Made by a program: the position numbers and the translations under genes | The notes under the pieces: model-generated | What the model was told of the DNA's origin: nothing | Database searches by the model: none | What the model saw: only the letters and a program-made list of their open reading frames with translations | From: Clostridia bacterium | GTDB taxonomy: Bacteria > Bacillota > Clostridia > Oscillospirales > Acutalibacteraceae | DNA length: 64,000 nt | Direction of reading: 5' to 3' | Assembly: GCA_017406805.1 (NCBI GenBank) | Contig: JAFQXU010000001.1 | Location: 7,423-71,422 of the forward strand | Shown here: one piece after another, positions 58,351 through 64,000 of the stretch | Numbering within the stretch: the stretch's first letter is position 1 | Layout of the letters: each line of letters begins with the position of its first letter

Positions 58351-58381
58351 AAAACCACCTGTAAATTCAGGTGGTTTTTTT
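58351..58381 (+). terminator. Rho-independent terminator
   Basis: Stem AAAACCACCTG/CAGGTGGTTTT followed by a T-run. Confidence 0.8.
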
Positions 58382-58425
58382 ATTGACATAAACGAGCAAA
58401 TAATATATAATCATTATATAAGCAA

Positions 58426-58511
58426 GCCGGTGTGGCGGAATGGCAGACGCGACGGACTCAAAATCCGTTGTTGGCAACAACGTGTGGGTTCAAGTCCCAC
58501 CACCGGTACCA
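58426..58511 (+). tRNA. tRNA-Leu (anticodon CAA)
   Basis: GCCGGTGTGGCGGAATGGCAGACGCGACGGACTCAAAATCCGT... has a long variable arm, T arm GTGGGTTCAAGTCCCAC and an encoded CCA. Confidence 0.93.
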
Positions 58512-58517
58512 TGCTGG

Positions 58518-58553
58518 GTAGTTATAAGGGGCATGGATATTTCTTATAACTAC
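58518..58553. repeat. Perfect 11-bp inverted repeat (GTAGTTATAAG-14 nt-CTTATAACTAC) between the tRNA-Leu 3' end and the recombinase stop
   Basis: Read directly from the sequence. No T-run follows on either strand. Confidence 0.8.
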
Positions 58554-58585
58554 TCAAGGCTATAAAGGGCAGAGAATGTATTGTT

Positions 58586-60334
<1,749 letters not shown>

Positions 60335-60372
60335 TCATTATACTAAACTTTTTTGGCCTCATGAAGCCCAAT

Positions 60373-60534
60373 TTAATGAGGTTTTCGGCGAATCTCCGAT
60401 ACTAATAAATTTTTTATTTTTTCTTTTAAGCTTTCGCCTGTTTTATCAAAATAAGAATTAATTAAATATGTTGTTTTCCCAACTTGCACTTTGCTTTCCG
60501 TTGGGAATGATATTAATTTAAATGAATTTACCAT
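60373..60534 (-). CDS. TnpW-like small transposon-associated protein (unannotated, 53 aa)
   Basis: ATG at 60534 lies 9 nt after GGAG. The product is MVNSFKLISFPTESKVQVGKTTYLINSYFDKTGESLKEKIKNLLVSEIRRKPH. The pattern resembles small TnpW-type ORFs found upstream of serine recombinases in Clostridial elements (from memory, not searched). Confidence 0.4.
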   Translation of the reverse strand: MVNSFKLISFPTESKVQVGKTTYLINSYFDKTGESLKEKIKNLLVSEIRRKPH

Positions 60535-60570
60535 TTGAAAATTCTCCTTAAAAAGTTATACTATCTTAGC

Positions 60571-60690
60571 CCTTCGTAATAATAAAAACGAAGGCACACG
60601 AATTTCACGTCCCCACAGCCTGTGGGGCCACCCTCATTGCCTGCGACGGTTTTTTCACGCTCGGACTGTGACTGAGTGGGAGTAGCTTTA
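60571..60690. other. GC-enriched structured non-coding island (candidate ncRNA or protein-binding DNA site)
   Basis: Hairpin CCTTCGT/ACGAAGG at 60571-60594 and a 17-nt palindrome CCCCACAG-C-CTGTGGGG at 60611-60627. There is no start-codon-initiated ORF in any frame. Its composition stands out from the AT-rich flanks. Confidence 0.4.
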
Positions 60691-60817
60691 ATTGTTACTA
60701 AGATTTTTTATTCAATTGTCAATGTTCTCGGAAGAGTATAATTATTCTTCCACTTATATAAAGAGTGTTTTTAGCTTATTTTTGGCACCCTATTTTTAAA
60801 AAAACTTTTCGACAAAT

Positions 60818-61213
60818 TTAGCGTTCCATAAGTTTTCTTAATTTTTTGAGAATGCGATTAAATCGTTTCCCAATATTTTGATGTGAAATATTATAACTTT
60901 CAGCCAACTCTCGCTGCGTTTTACACTCTTTAACTATGTAGCTAATAAATATTTGGTCTTCGATTTTCAAACTTTTTAATGCTTTATGTAAATTTTCATT
61001 CTCAACAAGTTCAATCCAGCCAAGTAAACTTGTTTGAAACAACTGCTTGTTCACATCAGACGTATTTGAAAATTCATCATACATAACTTCTTCAATTGGA
61101 ATTTCGTATTCATTTATTTTTGACCTCTTGATGTTGTCTTTTAAATCCATGTTTTTTATTACCTTGTGAAAATATGCTATTTTATTTTTTATATTGTCAT
61201 GATGGCTTCCCAT
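60818..61213 (-). CDS. Sigma-70 region-4-like helix-turn-helix protein
   Basis: 131 aa. The C-terminal LKIEDQIFISYIVKECKTQRELAESYNISHQNIGKRFNRILKKLRKL is a region-4-type HTH. RBS GGAGG. Confidence 0.6.
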   Translation of the reverse strand: MGSHHDNIKNKIAYFHKVIKNMDLKDNIKRSKINEYEIPIEEVMYDEFSNTSDVNKQLFQTSLLGWIELVENENLHKALKSLKIEDQIFISYIVKECKTQRELAESYNISHQNIGKRFNRILKKLRKLMER

Positions 61214-61321
61214 AAACCATTACCTCCGAATTATTTTTAGATTTCTAAATAATTCGAATGGCTATGGATATCTTGCAAAGTAGAGAAACCACCGCTCCAT
61301 AGGCTTGTCCCCAATGCAACC

Positions 61322-61364
61322 TAAAAAAAGCGCAGAGTTCTACACCGGAAGTGCAAAACTCTGC
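61322..61364 (-). terminator. Strong rho-independent terminator on the minus strand with no ORF upstream of it
   Basis: Minus-strand stem GCAGAGTT/AACTCTGC followed by GCTTTTTTT. Confidence 0.75.
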
Positions 61365-61925
61365 TTATCAAATTAAGTATTAAAAATGCTCTGCATAATA
61401 TAAAGCCAATTTGCAAAGTATTTATATGTATGAAAATTTATTCTTGCAAAGCATTTAAGACATCATATTTTAAATTCCCCTTTTCAAGTGTCAATACCTA
61501 ATTTTTTATAGGTTACGCACTTTCTTTGATTATTTTTTAGCAGGCAAATTAAAAAAGCTTAGCCTACTTGGCTAAATTTTAGATCAGGTAATAATGTAAG
61601 CTGTGTCGCAGTATGGCTGGGGTTTTCAGGAAGTTTTTATCGTACTTTGCGGTTTTTAAAAGTATTTAAGATTAAAAAGTAAAAATAAACATAAAAAATG
61701 AAACTCATCTAAAGTTTCATTTCAAAAAAGGTGTATATTTTCACATGATAAAAATGCATGCAATCATTTTTGATTTTTATAGTATTAAATAGGAATATGA
61801 ATGTATTGTAAGTGCATGATGTGAAGGTAATCGTTTTGTACTCTATGTTTTTATATTTTTGACATTTTCTCTACTGTTTTAGATTTATATAAGTTTTTCG
61901 ATATAAATTAAATTTTTATTTGGCG

Positions 61926-63053
61926 TCAAGTCAACATATCCATTATTTTGTCTTGAGTATAGTGATAGAATTTAATATTTCGGTATGCATCATGTTTAAA
62001 ATGGCGACGGAATAACGAATAAATTTTTTCGACAGAAATATTTTTTGGTTTTAGTCTGTATCTACCTACAAGGGGCGTCATTATTGAAATCGGAATTTTA
62101 TTGATCTTGGTATATTCCAATAGTTTTTCGAATGTTTTAATTCTGTTTTGTGATTCAGTTCGTTCCATTTCGTTTGCGTAATCATAGTAGAAAAAAGGTT
62201 TTAAAAAGTGGTATCCCAAAATAATTCTTGTTGGTTTAGGTGTACTTACACGAATACGGCGTAACGATTTACTACCAGATGGCAGAATCATAACTAATCG
62301 CCATTCATTTTCATATTTCCAAGTGGTCGCCTTATTAAGAGCAGTGCATAAGACAGATGCTTCAATATGGTGTTTGCAAATTTTGTTTCTATCATCTTCA
62401 ATCAAATCCTTTATATCTATGGGGGCAGATGAATATGCAACAGGAAATAGCATTTGACGTTGTAGTCGGTTTACATTTTTATCATTAAAATCATATTCAA
62501 CGCACATACCTGTATTTGAACTGGCGTAGTGAGACCACATAAGTGTAGAATTGTTTTTTAAAGATAGACATACCGCATAAGTTCCCAGATAATCTAACAG
62601 TCTGAATTTCATTCGCGACTCAGTTTTATAACGATTAGAACGCCTATTAACGTATTCATCATGTTTAATTAAGTTGTCGGGAAGATTAAAGGCGGTTATT
62701 AAGCTTTTCATTTCGTTCCAGTCCGATTTGGCAGCTTTGTTTCTTTCTTTTTCCGAGCCGTAATAATGTATTGTGCCATCAAACAGATCATTGAAGTCAC
62801 CTATGCGCGTTGCATACAAAAAACCATTTATTAAGTTGTCAATAGTACGGTCCGATAAAGACTGATATTTATACAATTTGGGTATATTGGTTTTGAATGA
62901 GTAATAAGGATTATTTGTACCCTTTGCTATACGTTGTTCCACAAAATTACGAAAATCCGCATCTTGTATGATATCAGAATATGTCAACAAAACATCATTC
63001 TCCTTTTTTAGACACCAATATTGTTTTTCTGTCATAATTTCTATAATTTGCAT
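61926..63053 (-). CDS. DUF2971 family protein
   Basis: KLYKYQSLSDRTIDNLINGFLYATRIGDFNDLFDG and STLMWSHYASSNTGMCVEYDF match my recollection of DUF2971 signature blocks. No clear RBS is present. Confidence 0.6.
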   Translation of the reverse strand: MQIIEIMTEKQYWCLKKENDVLLTYSDIIQDADFRNFVEQRIAKGTNNPYYSFKTNIPKLYKYQSLSDRTIDNLINGFLYATRIGDFNDLFDGTIHYYGSEKERNKAAKSDWNEMKSLITAFNLPDNLIKHDEYVNRRSNRYKTESRMKFRLLDYLGTYAVCLSLKNNSTLMWSHYASSNTGMCVEYDFNDKNVNRLQRQMLFPVAYSSAPIDIKDLIEDDRNKICKHHIEASVLCTALNKATTWKYENEWRLVMILPSGSKSLRRIRVSTPKPTRIILGYHFLKPFFYYDYANEMERTESQNRIKTFEKLLEYTKINKIPISIMTPLVGRYRLKPKNISVEKIYSLFRRHFKHDAYRNIKFYHYTQDKIMDMLT

Positions 63054-63129
63054 AAGGGAGGCAAAAAAGATGTGGTAATATTCGGTATCTGATTTTTTTG
63101 GAAATAAAAAGATAATTGTTTTATATCTT

Positions 63130-64000
63130 TTATAAATTAATTTTATTTATTTCTTTTGCTATCATTTTAATAATCGGCACGCAAACCGAATTACCGATTT
63201 GTTTATAGGCACTTTTTAACGGTATATCTGCAATTTTAAAATTTTTTGGAAATCCCATTAAAGCCAAACATTCGTTAGGAGTTATTGTTCGAATTCTGTA
63301 GTTATCTTTTATTATGGGTACTCGGTCGTTCCATGTACCCATATTTGCTTTTAAGGTAAATGATATTTCGTCTTTACCTGATTGAATGCCGTAGTCTGAA
63401 AAACGGTATATTTGGTTGTTATCTTTAATGGCTTTTATCATTTTGTTGTATTGAGGTGTATTTTCGGAAAGATAAAAACACTTATCAGCTTTAATGGATT
63501 TATCGATTAAATCAAATATACGTTTTTTTAACTTGATTTTTTCGGGAAAGCGGTACGATTCACACTGGTTGAAACTTTGAAATGCAATCAAATAAGTTCT
63601 TGTACGATGTTGAGGAATACCATAATCGCAAGCATCGGCAACCAAATAACGCAAATAATAATCTCTGCATACCAGCTCATTATGAATAACATTAAATGTG
63701 CGTCCTTCATCGTGCTTGACAAGATTTGCAACATTTTCAAGGAATATGATTGAAGGTTGAATTACATCAACAATACGCATTATTTCAAAAAACAGGTTAC
63801 CTCTGCTATCGTTAAAACCTTTTTGATTTCCGCAAACCGAAAAAGATTGACAAGGAAACCCTGCTGTAATAACATCCACTTTCGGAAGCAATGTGGCATC
63901 TATCGTTCGTATGTCATTTTCAAATAATGTAGTTTCAGGAAAATTTAGTCTGTATGTTTTACAAGCCTCTTTGTCTATTTCGTTTGCCCAAACAATATCA
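63130..64000 (-). CDS. dcm: DNA (cytosine-5)-methyltransferase, C-terminal about 290 aa (N-terminus beyond the window edge)
   Basis: Motif IV ITAGFPCQSFS, motif VI FLENV, and a C-terminal QIGNSV. The frame stays open upstream of 63891 to the window end (DIVWANEIDKEACKTYRLNFPETTLFENDIRTIDATLLPKVDV). Confidence 0.9.
   Translation of the reverse strand, partial: DIVWANEIDKEACKTYRLNFPETTLFENDIRTIDATLLPKVDVITAGFPCQSFSVCGNQKGFNDSRGNLFFEIMRIVDVIQPSIIFLENVANLVKHDEGRTFNVIHNELVCRDYYLRYLVADACDYGIPQHRTRTYLIAFQSFNQCESYRFPEKIKLKKRIFDLIDKSIKADKCFYLSENTPQYNKMIKAIKDNNQIYRFSDYGIQSGKDEISFTLKANMGTWNDRVPIIKDNYRIRTITPNECLALMGFPKNFKIADIPLKSAYKQIGNSVCVPIIKMIAKEINKINL

Noticed and set aside
60571-60690. Protein-coding interpretation of the GC-rich island
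   Set aside because: All six frames were translated by eye. The longest open stretches lack any ATG/GTG/TTG start with an RBS, so it is treated as non-coding.

Overview
AT-rich, low-GC Firmicute (Clostridia-like, spore-former) chromosome segment. The core backbone includes yqfD-yqfC/ylbJ sporulation genes, trmK-NIF3, glmS, type III glutamine synthetase, smpB/ssrA, rpsT, rplM-rpsI, proS, pyruvate:ferredoxin oxidoreductase, rpoB-rpoC and tyrS. Three accessory regions interrupt it. (1) About 15.8-31.5 kb, ending at the 3' end of ssrA. It carries a secreted SHH/HNH-like protein, a coiled-coil/TM protein followed by a GH25 lysin plus holin, a double-glycine bacteriocin precursor, a frameshifted MerR/TipA regulator, and a complete type I-C CRISPR-Cas locus (cas3-cas5-cas8c-cas7-cas4-cas1-cas2, 10 repeats, 9 spacers). 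(2) About 55.3-58.4 kb: a membrane-anchored AAA+ ATPase with a novel C-terminal repeat array, co-transcribed with a Nif11-type leader peptide and divergent from an unannotated 42-aa Cys/Gly-rich peptide. I rank this the best candidate for an undescribed system. (3) From 58.5 kb to the window end: an integrated element next to tRNA-Leu(CAA) with a large serine recombinase, a TnpW-like ORF, a sigma-70 region-4-like protein, a DUF2971 protein, a C5 DNA methyltransferase and several candidate RNA or DNA structural elements. RNA genes found: tRNA-Thr(GGT), tRNA-Trp(CCA), tRNA-Leu(CAA), tmRNA, and a non-canonical tRNA-like cloverleaf in a 5' leader. All calls rest on reading the sequence and ORF translations by eye. 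No database search was run.
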